Assembly (NCBI GenBank): GCA_043756025.1
Contig: JAYURW010000094.1
Span: forward strand, 13,789 to 77,788
Origin: Novosphingobium sp.
Lineage (GTDB): Bacteria; Pseudomonadota; Alphaproteobacteria; Sphingomonadales; Sphingomonadaceae
Length of the DNA stretch: 64,000 nucleotides
Direction: 5' to 3'
Shown here: positions 50,378 through 60,821 of the stretch, one piece after another
Layout of the letters: each line of letters opens with the position of its first letter
How positions within the stretch are numbered: position 1 is the first letter of the stretch
Made by a program: the position numbers and the translations under genes
The notes under the pieces: model-generated
What the model was told of the DNA's origin: nothing
The model's input: only the letters and a program-made list of their open reading frames with translations
Database searches by the model: none

Positions 50378-51274
50378 TCAACTCAAGGCCGAACTGCCCA
50401 GTGCAATCGCGCCGGTAATTCCGGCCTCGTCGCCCAGCCCCGGCGTCACGATATAGCGTTCCAGCCCGGGATCGAGCTGCGGCGCCTTGATATAGCCCGC
50501 CAGCTTGGCCTCAGTGGCGCGGCGCAGCGCTTCGACCAGCCCAGGGGTCTTCATCACGCCGCCGCCGAACACCAGCCGATCCGGCATATGCAGCAGCACC
50601 AGCGTCGCCGCCAATTGTGCGATATAACCTGCGATCAGTTCAACCTTGCCCGCTGGGCTGCCCAGTTTGGACAGGCTTTCGCCCCACCGCGCCGAAATTG
50701 CCGGGCCTGCGGCAAGCCCTTCGAGGCAATCGCCATGGAACGGGCAGAAGCCTTCATAAGGATCCACTGCCGGGTCACGCCGGACCAGAATGTGCCCCGC
50801 TTCAAAGTGCGAAAAACCCATCAGCGGTTTGCCATTGCGAACCACGCCGGTGCCGACCCCGGTGCCGATGGTGGTATAGGCCAGCGTGGCACAGCCCTGC
50901 CCGGCCCCCGCCAGCCATTCGCCCAAGGCCGCGCCGTTGACATCGGTATCGACCACAATCGGCGCGCCAAATTGCCCCAGCACATCCTGAAACCGCGCGC
51001 CGGACCAGCCCGGTTTTGGGGTGGTGGTGAAAGTGCCATAGGTGCTGCTGGCGGGATCAATATCAATCGGGCCAAAGCTGGCCACGCCAAAGGCCGCAAT
51101 TGGCCCATGCGCCGCACTTGCATTGGCAAAGAACCGCTCAATATCCGGGAAGCATTCTGCCGGGGTGCGGGTCGGGATGCGGGTTTCGGCCAGCACCGTG
51201 CCGTCTTCGCGGGCTAGAGCAGCCACGAATTTGGTACCGCCAGCCTCAATCGCCCCGATCAATCGTTCCGCCAT
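50378..51274 (-). CDS. ROK-family sugar kinase (fructokinase-like)
   Basis: IEAGGTKF, SFGPID, DTDVN, TIGTGVG, EAGH and CPFHGDCLEG. Confidence 0.9.
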   Translation of the reverse strand: MAERLIGAIEAGGTKFVAALAREDGTVLAETRIPTRTPAECFPDIERFFANASAAHGPIAAFGVASFGPIDIDPASSTYGTFTTTPKPGWSGARFQDVLGQFGAPIVVDTDVNGAALGEWLAGAGQGCATLAYTTIGTGVGTGVVRNGKPLMGFSHFEAGHILVRRDPAVDPYEGFCPFHGDCLEGLAAGPAISARWGESLSKLGSPAGKVELIAGYIAQLAATLVLLHMPDRLVFGGGVMKTPGLVEALRRATEAKLAGYIKAPQLDPGLERYIVTPGLGDEAGITGAIALGSSALS

Positions 51275-51364
51275 CGCATCCGCTCCCTATCCTTGGCGCA
51301 GGTTGCACGGGCTGGCGGGCGGTTCAATCCGCCCGCATACGAATTTGCCGCGCGGGGAGCGGGT

Positions 51365-51823
51365 TCAGGCCGGCTGTTTGCGTTGCAAGCCAGAGCGTTT
51401 GCAGCTGGCGACCAGTTCGCCCCGCTGGTTCCAGGCCTGATGCAGAAAGGTGACGATCCCCGCGTCAGGCCGGCTTTTGGATTCGCGCAGTTCCAGCACT
51501 TCGGTTGTAATGTTCAGCGTATCGCCGATAAACACCGGCTTTGGAAAGCGGACCTCGTCCCAACCCAGATTGGCAACCGCCGTGCCCAGCGTCGTATCGC
51601 CGACGCTGACCCCGACCATCAGGCTGAGTGTGAAGCACGAATTGACCAGCACCTGACCATATTCGCTGCTCTTCATATATTCAGCATCCAGATGCAGCTG
51701 GGCCGGATTGTGGCTGAGCGTGGTGAACAGCAGATTGTCAGTTTCTGTCACCGTCCGGCGGATCGAATGATTAAAGCGTTGCCCCACCGACAGTTCATTA
51801 AACCACAGACCCGGCATCGACAT
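51365..51823 (-). CDS. MaoC-family dehydratase
   Basis: RRTVTETDN, NPAQLHLD, ANLGW and PVFIGDT; RBS AGGAG. Confidence 0.88.
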   Translation of the reverse strand: MSMPGLWFNELSVGQRFNHSIRRTVTETDNLLFTTLSHNPAQLHLDAEYMKSSEYGQVLVNSCFTLSLMVGVSVGDTTLGTAVANLGWDEVRFPKPVFIGDTLNITTEVLELRESKSRPDAGIVTFLHQAWNQRGELVASCKRSGLQRKQPA

Positions 51824-51878
51824 TCTCCTCTTCGCCACCCCCCTATCAGCGGACCCGGCAGCTGGCCAGCGGGCCGCA

Positions 51879-51898
51879 CTTGTGAACGTTCTCACAAG
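51879..51898. promoter_or_regulatory. LacI-type operator in the maoC / sugar permease divergent region
   Basis: CTTGTGAACGTTCTCACAAG contains GTGAACGTTCTCA, one mismatch to the 25493/35208 sites. Confidence 0.7.
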
Positions 51899-51986
51899 GC
51901 CGGGGATATTCATACGTATACCACTGGACTTCCCCGCCCCGCGCGGCATGACTGCGGCAACAACAGCAAATTAGGGGAGAGGCCAG

Positions 51987-53303
51987 ATGGCAGCGCCAAT
52001 TACCGGGTCCAGCACGGCAGGCGGGGGAAGCAGCGGAGGCAAAGTCGGGATCGTCCTGGCGCTGGCTTTTGCGGTGTTCTTTCTGCTCGGCGGGGTGACC
52101 AATATCAACGACCTGCTGGTCGGCAAATTCAAACCGATGTTTGACCTCAGCCATACTCAGGCGAACTTCGTCCAGCTGTTCTTCTTCTTTGCCTATGCGA
52201 CGTTTTCGATTCCGGCCGGGATCATCCTGTCTAAGCTGGGCTATATCCGCACTTTCGTGCTGGGCTTCGTGATTATCGCCGCTGCCGCCTTCCTGTTTAT
52301 TCCGGCCTCTGCTGCGGCCTCGTTCCCGGGCTTTCTGGCGGCGCTGTTCTGCATCGGTGCGGGGATCACAGTGCTGCAAGTGGCGATGAACCCGGTGATC
52401 ACCACACTGGGCCCAGTCGAAACGTCGCACAGTCGGCTCACCTTTGCGCAGGCCTTCAATTCGATCGGGGTGTTCCTGATGATCTATGGCGGGGCATCGT
52501 TCCTGCTGGGCGATTCCAAGCCAATCGACGCTGCAACCGCCACGGCAGCTGAATTGCAGGCCTATCGTGTCGCCGAAGGGGCCTCGATCGGAACGGCCTA
52601 TATGTGGCTGGGCGTGCTGATGCTGGTGATCGCTGCCTTGTTCTGGACTTTCCGCTCCGCGCTCGACAACACCAAGACCGAAGAGGTCAAACTGGAAGGC
52701 ACCTGGGGCCTGTTCAAGCATAACCGCCGGGTTCAGCTCGGCGCGCTCTGCATCTTCACTTACGTGGGCGCCGAAGTCGCTATCGGCTCGAACCTGATGG
52801 CCTATCTGGGCGATAGCAGCGTGATGGGCCTTGGGCTGGAAGCTGCGGGCAAGCTGGTCGCGATGTACTGGCTGGGGGCGCTGGCCGGGCGCTTGCTCGG
52901 CGGGTTCATCCTGCGGCTGGCCAAGCCGGGCCGGGTGCTGACCGCTTTTGCTGCTGGCGCCATCGGCCTGATCCTGCTGTCTGCCGTCACCACCGGCAAC
53001 GTCTCAGGCTGGGCGCTGATCCTGGTCGGGTTCTGCAATTCGCTGATGTTCCCAACCATCTTTAGCCTCGGCACCGAAGGACTGGGCGAACAAACCCCGC
53101 AAGGCTCTGGCATTCTGTGCACAGCCATCGTCGGCGGGGCGATTGTGCCGGTGCTGTTCGGTATGGTCGCCGACCTTAGCGGCAATATCCGGCTTGCCCT
53201 GATCGTGCCGGTGATCTGCTATGCGATTATTGCGCTGTTCGGGTTGTGGTCGATCAAGCAGCCCAGCGGCGGCGCCGGCAGCCAAGGCCCGGTTTACGAC
53301 TAA
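51987..53303 (+). CDS. Glucose/galactose permease (FucP/GluP MFS family)
   Basis: VQLFFFFAY, LQVAMNP, RLTFAQAFNSIG, YVGAEV and SLMFPTIFSL. Confidence 0.9.
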   Translation: MAAPITGSSTAGGGSSGGKVGIVLALAFAVFFLLGGVTNINDLLVGKFKPMFDLSHTQANFVQLFFFFAYATFSIPAGIILSKLGYIRTFVLGFVIIAAAAFLFIPASAAASFPGFLAALFCIGAGITVLQVAMNPVITTLGPVETSHSRLTFAQAFNSIGVFLMIYGGASFLLGDSKPIDAATATAAELQAYRVAEGASIGTAYMWLGVLMLVIAALFWTFRSALDNTKTEEVKLEGTWGLFKHNRRVQLGALCIFTYVGAEVAIGSNLMAYLGDSSVMGLGLEAAGKLVAMYWLGALAGRLLGGFILRLAKPGRVLTAFAAGAIGLILLSAVTTGNVSGWALILVGFCNSLMFPTIFSLGTEGLGEQTPQGSGILCTAIVGGAIVPVLFGMVADLSGNIRLALIVPVICYAIIALFGLWSIKQPSGGAGSQGPVYD

Positions 53304-53325
53304 GCCGTAGGGTCCGGGTGGGCCT

Positions 53326-53886
53326 TCAAGCCCGCCCGGTCTGCCCGGCCAGTAGCGCCGGATCGATCCCCAGGCTTTGCCAGCAGCCAGCCCAGCGGTC
53401 TTCTGGCACGGTATCAAACAGGATCGCGGGCGCACCATCTACCACTTGCCAACCATGGTGAAGCAGTTCGCCGTCAAGCTGCCCGCCGCCCCAGCCGGCA
53501 TAACCCAGCGCGACCAGAAACCGGCTCGGGCCGCGCCCTTCGGCAATCGCCCGCAAAACCTCGAGCGAAGCGGACAGGGCGCACAGCTCGCCGGCCAAAA
53601 TTGTATCTGGTCCATCCCAATCGGGGCTGTGCAGCACGAACCCGCGCTGCGGCTCCACAGGCCCGCCATCGAGCACCGGGCAATCGGGCGCATGCCCCGG
53701 ATCAATATCCAGATCCTCGAGCAATTCGTGCAGCCCCAAGCCCTGACGAGCCCGCCCCAGCCCGATCCCCAGCGCGCCTTCGCCGTCATGAACCATCATC
53801 GCGATTACCGCGCGGGAAAAGCGCGGATCACCCATCCCCGGCATCGCGAGCAGGAATTGTCCGGCAAGACTGGCAGAATCGATCAT
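53326..53886 (-). CDS. YqgE/AlgH (UPF0301) protein
   Basis: LLAMPGMGDPRF, GGPVEPQRGFVLH and LGYAGWGGGQL. Confidence 0.93.
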   Translation of the reverse strand: MIDSASLAGQFLLAMPGMGDPRFSRAVIAMMVHDGEGALGIGLGRARQGLGLHELLEDLDIDPGHAPDCPVLDGGPVEPQRGFVLHSPDWDGPDTILAGELCALSASLEVLRAIAEGRGPSRFLVALGYAGWGGGQLDGELLHHGWQVVDGAPAILFDTVPEDRWAGCWQSLGIDPALLAGQTGRA

Positions 53887-53935
53887 GAGTGCTGGGATAG
53901 CCGCCTGGGCCCCGGCTTGCTATGACGATAGCGCT

Positions 53936-54403
53936 ATGAACGCATCTGACCCTGACGATATTCGCGGCTGGCAGCGGCTTGGTGAAACAACGACCACTTC
54001 GGGCCGGCTCGAACCCGCCGATCCGGCCCGGCTGGCTGCAATCGGGGTGCGCCATGTCATCAATCTGGCGCTCGACGATCATCCCGAGGCGCTGGCGGAC
54101 GAAGCCGAACGACTGGCAGCGCTGGGAATCCGCTACAGCCACATTCCGGTGCCGTTTGATGCCCCGGCTGAGCCGCACTTCAACGCGTTTGTGACGGCTC
54201 TGGACAGCTTTGAACACCCTGTGCACGTCCATTGCATCATGAATTGGCGGGTTTCGGCGTTTTTCTACCGGTTCCACCGCCTGAACGGGATGGCCGAGAC
54301 AGTGGCCGATGCCTTGCTGCAGCAGCAGTGGGACCCGCGCCGCAGCGATGATCCGCGCGCGGCGGTCTGGGCGGCGTTCGTCGCGGGCAGTGATAGCCGA
54401 TAG
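53936..54403 (+). CDS. Protein-tyrosine-phosphatase-like (DUF442-type) protein
   Basis: TTSGRL, VINLA, YSHIPV and HCIMNWR (Cx5R-like). Confidence 0.8.
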   Translation: MNASDPDDIRGWQRLGETTTTSGRLEPADPARLAAIGVRHVINLALDDHPEALADEAERLAALGIRYSHIPVPFDAPAEPHFNAFVTALDSFEHPVHVHCIMNWRVSAFFYRFHRLNGMAETVADALLQQQWDPRRSDDPRAAVWAAFVAGSDSR

Positions 54404-54527
54404 GCGCTTGCTTTCCGCGCGATTCGGCTTTAGTGGCGCCCCCTTCATTGACACGGAATCGATGATCTGCCTGGCGAACTAGGGCTGCCATGGCCGATTG
54501 GACGTGTCCCCGAACAAGGAGACTAAA

Positions 54528-54731
54528 ATGCCCAAGCTCAAGACTAAGAGCGGCGTCAAAAAGCGCTTCAAGCTCACCGCGACCGGCAAGATCAAGCACG
54601 GCGCGGTTGGCAAGCGGCACCGTTTGATGAGCCATAACGCCAAGTACATCCGTCAACACCGCCGGACCGACACGATCTCTGACGCTGATGCGAAAACGAT
54701 CAAAAAGTGGGCGCCCTACGGGCTCGGTTGA
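54528..54731 (+). CDS. rpmI: 50S ribosomal protein L35
   Basis: MPKLKTKSGVKKRFKLTATGK; RBS AAGGAG. Confidence 0.98.
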   Translation: MPKLKTKSGVKKRFKLTATGKIKHGAVGKRHRLMSHNAKYIRQHRRTDTISDADAKTIKKWAPYGLG

Positions 54732-54748
54732 ATTTAGGAGTACGATAA

Positions 54749-55108
54749 ATGGCACGTGTCAAAAGGGGTGTAACCACCCGCGCCAAGCACAAGAATATTC
54801 TGGAACAGGCCAAGGGTTATCGCGGCCGCCGCAAGAATACCATCCGCGTTGCGCGTCAGGCAGTCGAAAAGGCTGGCCAGTACGCTTACCGCGATCGCAA
54901 GGTCAAAAAGCGGACCTTCCGCGCATTGTGGATTCAGCGGATCAACGCCGCAGTCCGGCTCGAAGGTCTGACCTACTCGCAGTTCATCCACGGCACTAAG
55001 CTGGCCGGGATCGAACTCGACCGTAAGACAATGGCCGATCTGGCGATGAACGAAGGCGGGATTTTCTCGACCGTCATCGCCCAGGCCAAGGCTGCCCTGC
55101 CAGCCTGA
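54749..55108 (+). CDS. rplT: 50S ribosomal protein L20
   Basis: [21 protein letters not shown] and LWIQRINAA. Confidence 0.98.
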   Translation: MARVKRGVTTRAKHKNILEQAKGYRGRRKNTIRVARQAVEKAGQYAYRDRKVKKRTFRALWIQRINAAVRLEGLTYSQFIHGTKLAGIELDRKTMADLAMNEGGIFSTVIAQAKAALPA

Positions 55109-55130
55109 GCCGCGCAACAGCGCCGCTTTT

Positions 55131-55176
55131 GAAAAGCGCGGGAAGCGGCTTCGGCTGGTTCCCGCGCTTTTCGTTT
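55131..55176 (+). terminator. Intrinsic terminator after rplT
   Basis: GAAAAGCGCGGGAA...TTCG...TTCCCGCGCTTTTC hairpin followed by a T-rich tract. Confidence 0.85.
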
Positions 55177-55266
55177 GGGCTGCTTGTGAGCAGCTCTTGC
55201 CGAAGCAATCCGGCTCGGGCACTGTTTGCCCGGGCGGCGGTATTTGCCCTGCCCGGCAGCAGGGGT

Positions 55267-56181
55267 GTGCATGACCAATCCAGACCAAACGCCTTGCTGA
55301 GCAGCCCGCCCGTCGATGCGGTATCGGTGCGCTTTTTCATGCCTTCTGAAAAAGTCGCGCCCTATATCAGCACTTATTATCTGACCGATTTTGCCGTGCC
55401 TGAGGGCCAAACTGTCGAAGACTGGCTTCATCCCGAATGGGCCAATCTGCGGATCTGGGAGCGGGCGGTCTGCAGCGTCGCAATCGGGACCGAAGAACTG
55501 CGGCCCTCCCCGCAAGTGATCGCCACCGGACCGACCAGCTTTGCCAGCCATTTTCGGACCGGGCGAACCCGCGCATGGGGTGTCGGGCTGCTACCCCAAG
55601 GCTGGGCCAGGTTCGTGAACGCTCATGCTTCGGGTCATGCCGACCTTACTTCCGACGCGAATGTTGATCCAGCATTCGCCCGCCTGTCGCCGCTGTTCGG
55701 ACGGGTTTTCGATGGATCGGTTGATCCTGCGGCCGAAGCAGCCCGGATTGACGCGTTTTTTTGCGATCTTTTGGAACGCTGCCCTCCGCACGAAGACGAA
55801 GCCAAGATCCGGGCGGCCCATACTGCGCTGATTGATGACACTGTCAGATCAGTCAGCGAATTATCAGAGCGGCTGGGTATCTCATCGCGTTCGCTCGAGC
55901 GGCTATCGCTGAAGGCCTTTGGCTTTTCCCCCAAGCTGTTGCTGCGCCGCCAACGGTTTCTGCGGAGCCTCGCCCAGTTCATGCTTGACCCTTCCCTGAC
56001 CTGGATCAAGACGCTCGATTGGCACTATGTCGATCAGGCGCATTTTGTCCGCGATTTCCGCCGGTTCATGACCATGAGCCCGAGCGCCTATGCCGCGCTG
56101 GATCATCCGGTGCTCCGCTCCGCCGCGCGCGCCCGTTCTGTCGCAGCCGGGGCGGCAGTTCAGGCGTTGCACAAACCTTGA
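55267..56181 (+). CDS. AraC-like HTH protein
   Basis: C-terminal SRSLERL..FGFSPK..RF and YVDQAHFVRDFRRF. Start uncertain. Confidence 0.85.
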   Translation: MHDQSRPNALLSSPPVDAVSVRFFMPSEKVAPYISTYYLTDFAVPEGQTVEDWLHPEWANLRIWERAVCSVAIGTEELRPSPQVIATGPTSFASHFRTGRTRAWGVGLLPQGWARFVNAHASGHADLTSDANVDPAFARLSPLFGRVFDGSVDPAAEAARIDAFFCDLLERCPPHEDEAKIRAAHTALIDDTVRSVSELSERLGISSRSLERLSLKAFGFSPKLLLRRQRFLRSLAQFMLDPSLTWIKTLDWHYVDQAHFVRDFRRFMTMSPSAYAALDHPVLRSAARARSVAAGAAVQALHKP

Positions 56182-56250
56182 TCGCGTGCGGCTTGTTAAG
56201 CGATTAGGATTGGTGCACGTTTCGACGATAAAGCCAACGGGGAGCAAGCA

Positions 56251-57134
56251 GTGCCATTGGGGCAATCGGTCTCAGCGCGGTTTTACGCGCCGCCAGATGA
56301 TCTGCGCGGATGGTTCACATCGTTCTACTTTTCAGAAATCGATCCTGGCGACGTAGATTTACTGCGCGATAGCCTGCATCCGGAATGGGGCGGGTTGCGG
56401 TTCTTTTCGCCCGGCGGACCGGCTGTCTGGACGGACGCAGGATTGCGGGTTTCCGGGACCATGTTCCACGCCACCGGACCAACCAGCCATCCGGTGCATT
56501 TTGCCCTGCCCAAAGTTCGGCTGTGGGGGATCGGCCTGCTGCCGCTGGGCTGGGCGAGAGTCGTCGGTCAGCCGGCCAGTGCTCTGGCCAATGTGGTCTG
56601 CGATGGCTGCACTCACCCCAGCTTCAGTCGGTTTCTGCCGCTGGCTAGTTCGATCTATAGCGATCAACCCGATGAAGCAGCCGAGCTGGAACGGATTGTC
56701 GCGTTTTTTCGCCAGCTGAAACCTCATCCGCTGACCGATGAGAAGCGCTTGCTGGCGATCCATTCCGCGCTGGTCGATCCCGAAGTGGTGATGGTGACCG
56801 ATTTGGTCGACCGGGTGGCGGCCAGCCAGCGTACGGTTGAGGGCTTTGCCTGCGCCATTTCGGGTTTGCCCCCAAGCTGCTGCTGCGCCGCCAGCGGTTC
56901 ATGCGCAGCCTCGCTCAGTTCATGCTCGACCCGTCGCTCAAATGGATTGGCGCGATGGATTCGAGCTATCACGATCAGGCCCAGTTCGTCCGGGATTTTC
57001 ATGAGTTTATGGGGCAAACCCCGCGCGAATATGCCGCCCAGCCGCACCCGGTGCTGGAACGTTTCATGCATGAACGGATGAAGGCCCACGGAGCCCCGGT
57101 TCAGACGCTTGACAAGCCTGGCGGCACGGGCTGA
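56251..57134 (+). pseudogene. Second AraC-like paralog with a 1-nt frameshift at about 56842
   Basis: Paralogous to 55267-56181 (LHPEW, ATGPTS, WGxGLLP). Restoring one base gives ...RTVE(R)LCLRHFGFAPKLLLRRQRFMRSLAQF, continuing to the stop at 57134. Confidence 0.8.
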
Positions 57135-57281
57135 CCGTGCGCTGATGCCCAGCGCTTGCACTCCACCAAACGCGCGATTGAAAAGCCATCCCGCGCAGGA
57201 CCGATAACCCGCGCCGCACCGTTTCATTTTGGCCGTATATTCAATATTTTACCCTGTTCAAATCGGCTACCATGGGTTGAA

Positions 57282-57295
57282 TGCAATCGATTGTT
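57282..57295. promoter_or_regulatory. Candidate LacI-type operator upstream of the sugar operon
   Basis: Palindrome CAATCGATTG (57284-57293) with a central CG in an AT-rich promoter region. Confidence 0.55.
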
Positions 57296-57360
57296 GTTCT
57301 TTGCTTGCGGATGTGACATGACGTGCAGAGAGGCATCATAAGCTGCCGAGGGAGAATGCC

Positions 57361-58725
57361 ATGGACCAGTCCAAGCCGCACCTGTCGCTATCGCGCATTC
57401 TCGAGATGAATCTGGGTTTCCTTGGTCTGCAATTCAGCTTCGGATTGCAGCAGGGCAACATGGGTCCGATCTATTCCTACCTTGGCGCGGACGAATCGCA
57501 GTTGCCGTTGCTGCAACTGGCAGGTCCGATCACCGGCTTGGTGCTGCAACCGATCATCGGCGCGATGAGCGATCGCACCATCAGCAAGCGCGGCCGCCGC
57601 ACTCCCTATTTTTTGATTGGCGCGGTGTTGTGCGCGCTGGGCCTGTTGTTCATGCCGCTCTCGGCCTCCATCGTCATGGCGGTATCGGTGTTGTGGATTC
57701 TTGATGCCGGTAACAACATCACGATGGAGCCATACCGCGCCTACGTTTCAGACCGGCTCAACCCCGATCAACGCCAGGCCGGGTTCCTCACCCAGAGCGC
57801 TTTTACGGGCCTCGCCCAATGCCTTGCTTTCATCACACCCTCGATCCTGGTCTGGATGGGGATGAACCAGGATTGGGTGGACGAGCATAACATTCCTTAT
57901 ACCGTCCGGTTTGTATTCTGGGCCGGGGCAGCGCTCTCACTTTTGACGATTATCTGGTCGGTCGTGCGGGTGCCCGAACTGCCACTGACCCCGGCAGAGA
58001 AAGCCCATATCGAGGCGCAACCAAAAGGCGTCCGCGCAACTTTCGTTGAAATCGGCTCGGCCATTCGCGAAATGCCCACCCCGATGCGGAAATTGGGAGT
58101 GATGATGCTGTTTCAGTGGTTCGCTATGTCGGGCTATTGGGGCTATGTAATCTACGCGATCGGCCGCTCGGTCTATGGCACTGCGGATGCGACCAGTTCC
58201 GCCTTTCGCACCGCGGTTCTTACCAATGGCGAGATGGCTGCATTCTATAACCTGATCGCTTTTCTTGGGGCCTTGCTGATGGTGCCGTTTGCGCGGCGCT
58301 GGGGATCAGGGCCGGTTCATGCGCTGTGTCTGGCGGCGGGTGGCTTGGCTTTTCTGGCTTTGCCGCATATCACCGACAAACCGCTGCTGTTCGTCGCAGC
58401 AATCGGCACTGGCCTTGCTTGGGGTTCGATCATGGGCAACCCCTATACGATCCTTGCCAACTCGATTCCGCCCCAGCGCACCGGAGTTTACATGGGGATC
58501 TTCAATATGATGATCGTGATTCCGATGCTGCTGTTTGCTTTCGTGATAAGCGAAATAAATCTCGGCTTCGTCACGCTGGGCCTTGGCTTCTACGACGGAA
58601 TTCTGGGGCATGATCCGCGCAATGTCCTGACCGTTTCCGGGGCTTGTATGTTCATTGCCGCCATTGCAGTGCTGACCGTGCGCGAAGGCCGGGCCGGCTA
58701 TGATCAGGCCAAGTCGGCCAGCTGA
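57361..58725 (+). CDS. MFS disaccharide transporter (sucrose/maltose, SLC45-like)
   Basis: [35 protein letters not shown] and GVYMGIFN. Confidence 0.88.
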   Translation: MDQSKPHLSLSRILEMNLGFLGLQFSFGLQQGNMGPIYSYLGADESQLPLLQLAGPITGLVLQPIIGAMSDRTISKRGRRTPYFLIGAVLCALGLLFMPLSASIVMAVSVLWILDAGNNITMEPYRAYVSDRLNPDQRQAGFLTQSAFTGLAQCLAFITPSILVWMGMNQDWVDEHNIPYTVRFVFWAGAALSLLTIIWSVVRVPELPLTPAEKAHIEAQPKGVRATFVEIGSAIREMPTPMRKLGVMMLFQWFAMSGYWGYVIYAIGRSVYGTADATSSAFRTAVLTNGEMAAFYNLIAFLGALLMVPFARRWGSGPVHALCLAAGGLAFLALPHITDKPLLFVAAIGTGLAWGSIMGNPYTILANSIPPQRTGVYMGIFNMMIVIPMLLFAFVISEINLGFVTLGLGFYDGILGHDPRNVLTVSGACMFIAAIAVLTVREGRAGYDQAKSAS

Positions 58726-58727
58726 TT

Positions 58728-60821
58728 GTGACTATTGCGTTTGCCTCTTTGCACAGCGACCAAGCCAGTCTGGTGCTGGAATGCCGCGCCGATGCCCCGC
58801 CGCTATGGCGGCACCTGGGCGCGCGGGTTGATCCGGCCGGGCTGCACCGGCTGGCGGACGGACGAACCCCGGCGTCGTTTTCGCTCGACAGCGACCTGCC
58901 GTTTGACACCGCCCCGGCGGCGGGGATGGGTTGGTTTGGCCCGGCTTGCATCGCGCTGCGGCGCGGTGGGCAGGCCTTGGCTGTGCAGTTTGATCACGCG
59001 CAAGTGACCGGCGAAGCAGCGGTAATCCGGATTGTCCTAACCGATCTCCAAGCGGAAATCGAACTGCACCAGACGATCAAATTGCTGCCTGGCGGCGCGT
59101 TTGGTTTCACGGCTGAATTGGTCAATCGCGGCACGGACGCGGTCGAAATCGACTGGTTGGCCAGCGCTATGGTGCCGTTGGCCGATCGCTGCGCGCAGCT
59201 GGTTTCTTGGCGCGGGCGGCACAATGCCGAATTGGTCGAGGTCACCGAAGCCATGCCGCAGCACGGCTGGGTCCGCGAAGGGCGGCGCGGGATTTCTGGG
59301 CATGGCGGCCCACCGGGAGTGGTCGTGCTTGAACGCAGCGCGGGCCATCACAGCGGACTGGTTCTGGCCCTGCAACTCGCCTGGTCGGGCGACAGCCGGA
59401 TTGCGGTGGAGCGCGACGACGAGGGGTTCTGGGTGCTCAGCGCTGGGGCCGTGTTCCAGCCGGGGGATGCCGTACTGGCGCCGGGCGAGCGGCTGGCTGC
59501 GCCCGAGGCGATCCTCGCTGTATCGAGCCAAGGCCGCAACGGCGCCATGGCCCAGCACCATGCCGCTGTGCGCGCGCTGCTGAACTGGCCCGGCGCCGCG
59601 ATGCGCCCGCGTCCGGTCCACCTCAATTCCTGGGAAGCCTGCTATTTTGATCACGATGAAGCCCGGATCATTGCGCTGGCCGAAGCTGCAGCCGCGATTG
59701 GGATAGAGCGGTTTATCCTTGACGATGGCTGGTTCAAGGGCCGGAGTGATGACCGTGCTGGGCTGGGCGACTGGACCACCGATCCGGTCAAATACCCCAA
59801 TGGCCTCGCACCGCTGGCGGCCCGCGTGAACGCGCTGGGCCTCGAATTCGGGCTGTGGGTTGAGCCCGAAATGGTCAATCCGGACAGCGAACTGTACCGT
59901 GCCCATCCCGACTGGGCGCTGCATCTTCCGGGCCGCAGCCAACCGACCGCCCGCAACCAGCTGGTGCTCAATCTCGCCCTTCCCGAAGTCCGCGACTACC
60001 TGTTCACTGCACTGGATGCGCTGCTGCGCGAGGTGCCGATCGCCTACCTCAAATGGGACCACAACCGCGATCTCGCCCCTGCTGGGGGCCGCGCGCAAGT
60101 GCTGGGGACATATCAGCTGCTGGCCCGGCTGCGCGCCGCGCATCCAAACGTGGAGATTGAGAGTTGTGCCGGTGGCGGCGGACGTTCGGACGCCGGAATG
60201 GCGCCCTATGTCCACCGGTTCTGGACCAGCGACAATATCGACGCGGTCAGCCGGGTCGCGATCCAGCGCGGGTTCCTGGCGTTCCTGCCGCCCGAACTGA
60301 TGGGTGCCCATGTCGGCGCCAGCCCGGCCCATGCCACCGGGCGCAGTCAGTCGCTGGGGTTTCGCGCCGCCGTGGCTCTGCCCGGGCACTTTGGCGTAGA
60401 GCTTGATCCGCGCCGGCTGCCTGAGGCTGAGCTGGCCGAGCTGGGCGACTGGATCGGCTTCAGCAAGACCTGGCGTCATCTGTTGCATGGAACTGCGACC
60501 TGGCTGGGCGAAGGTTCCGACGGACTGGTCTGGCAAGCCGCCGGGAACCAACGAGAGTTTCTACTGATCGTGGTCCGCACCGCACCCGCGCAGGATCGCC
60601 GCCCGCAACCGCTCCGCCTGCCGTTTCTGGCCGGGGCAGCGCAATGCACCACTGAATTGCTGCGGATCGGCGGCGGCCAGCGCGGCTACGCGGCGCACTG
60701 CCCGGCCCTGTTCGATCACCCGCAAAGCTGGAGCGGATCGTGGCTGGCGAACGCCGGATTGCCGCTGCCGCCGCTCAAGGCCGAAAGCGCCGCAATTTTT
60801 CACATCGAGGTTGCGGCATGA
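58728..60821 (+). CDS. GH36 alpha-galactosidase
   Basis: NSWEA, LDDGWF, GLWVEPEMV, YLKWDHNR, SCAGGGGR and WTSDN. Confidence 0.93.
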   Translation: MTIAFASLHSDQASLVLECRADAPPLWRHLGARVDPAGLHRLADGRTPASFSLDSDLPFDTAPAAGMGWFGPACIALRRGGQALAVQFDHAQVTGEAAVIRIVLTDLQAEIELHQTIKLLPGGAFGFTAELVNRGTDAVEIDWLASAMVPLADRCAQLVSWRGRHNAELVEVTEAMPQHGWVREGRRGISGHGGPPGVVVLERSAGHHSGLVLALQLAWSGDSRIAVERDDEGFWVLSAGAVFQPGDAVLAPGERLAAPEAILAVSSQGRNGAMAQHHAAVRALLNWPGAAMRPRPVHLNSWEACYFDHDEARIIALAEAAAAIGIERFILDDGWFKGRSDDRAGLGDWTTDPVKYPNGLAPLAARVNALGLEFGLWVEPEMVNPDSELYRAHPDWALHLPGRSQPTARNQLVLNLALPEVRDYLFTALDALLREVPIAYLKWDHNRDLAPAGGRAQVLGTYQLLARLRAAHPNVEIESCAGGGGRSDAGMAPYVHRFWTSDNIDAVSRVAIQRGFLAFLPPELMGAHVGASPAHATGRSQSLGFRAAVALPGHFGVELDPRRLPEAELAELGDWIGFSKTWRHLLHGTATWLGEGSDGLVWQAAGNQREFLLIVVRTAPAQDRRPQPLRLPFLAGAAQCTTELLRIGGGQRGYAAHCPALFDHPQSWSGSWLANAGLPLPPLKAESAAIFHIEVAA

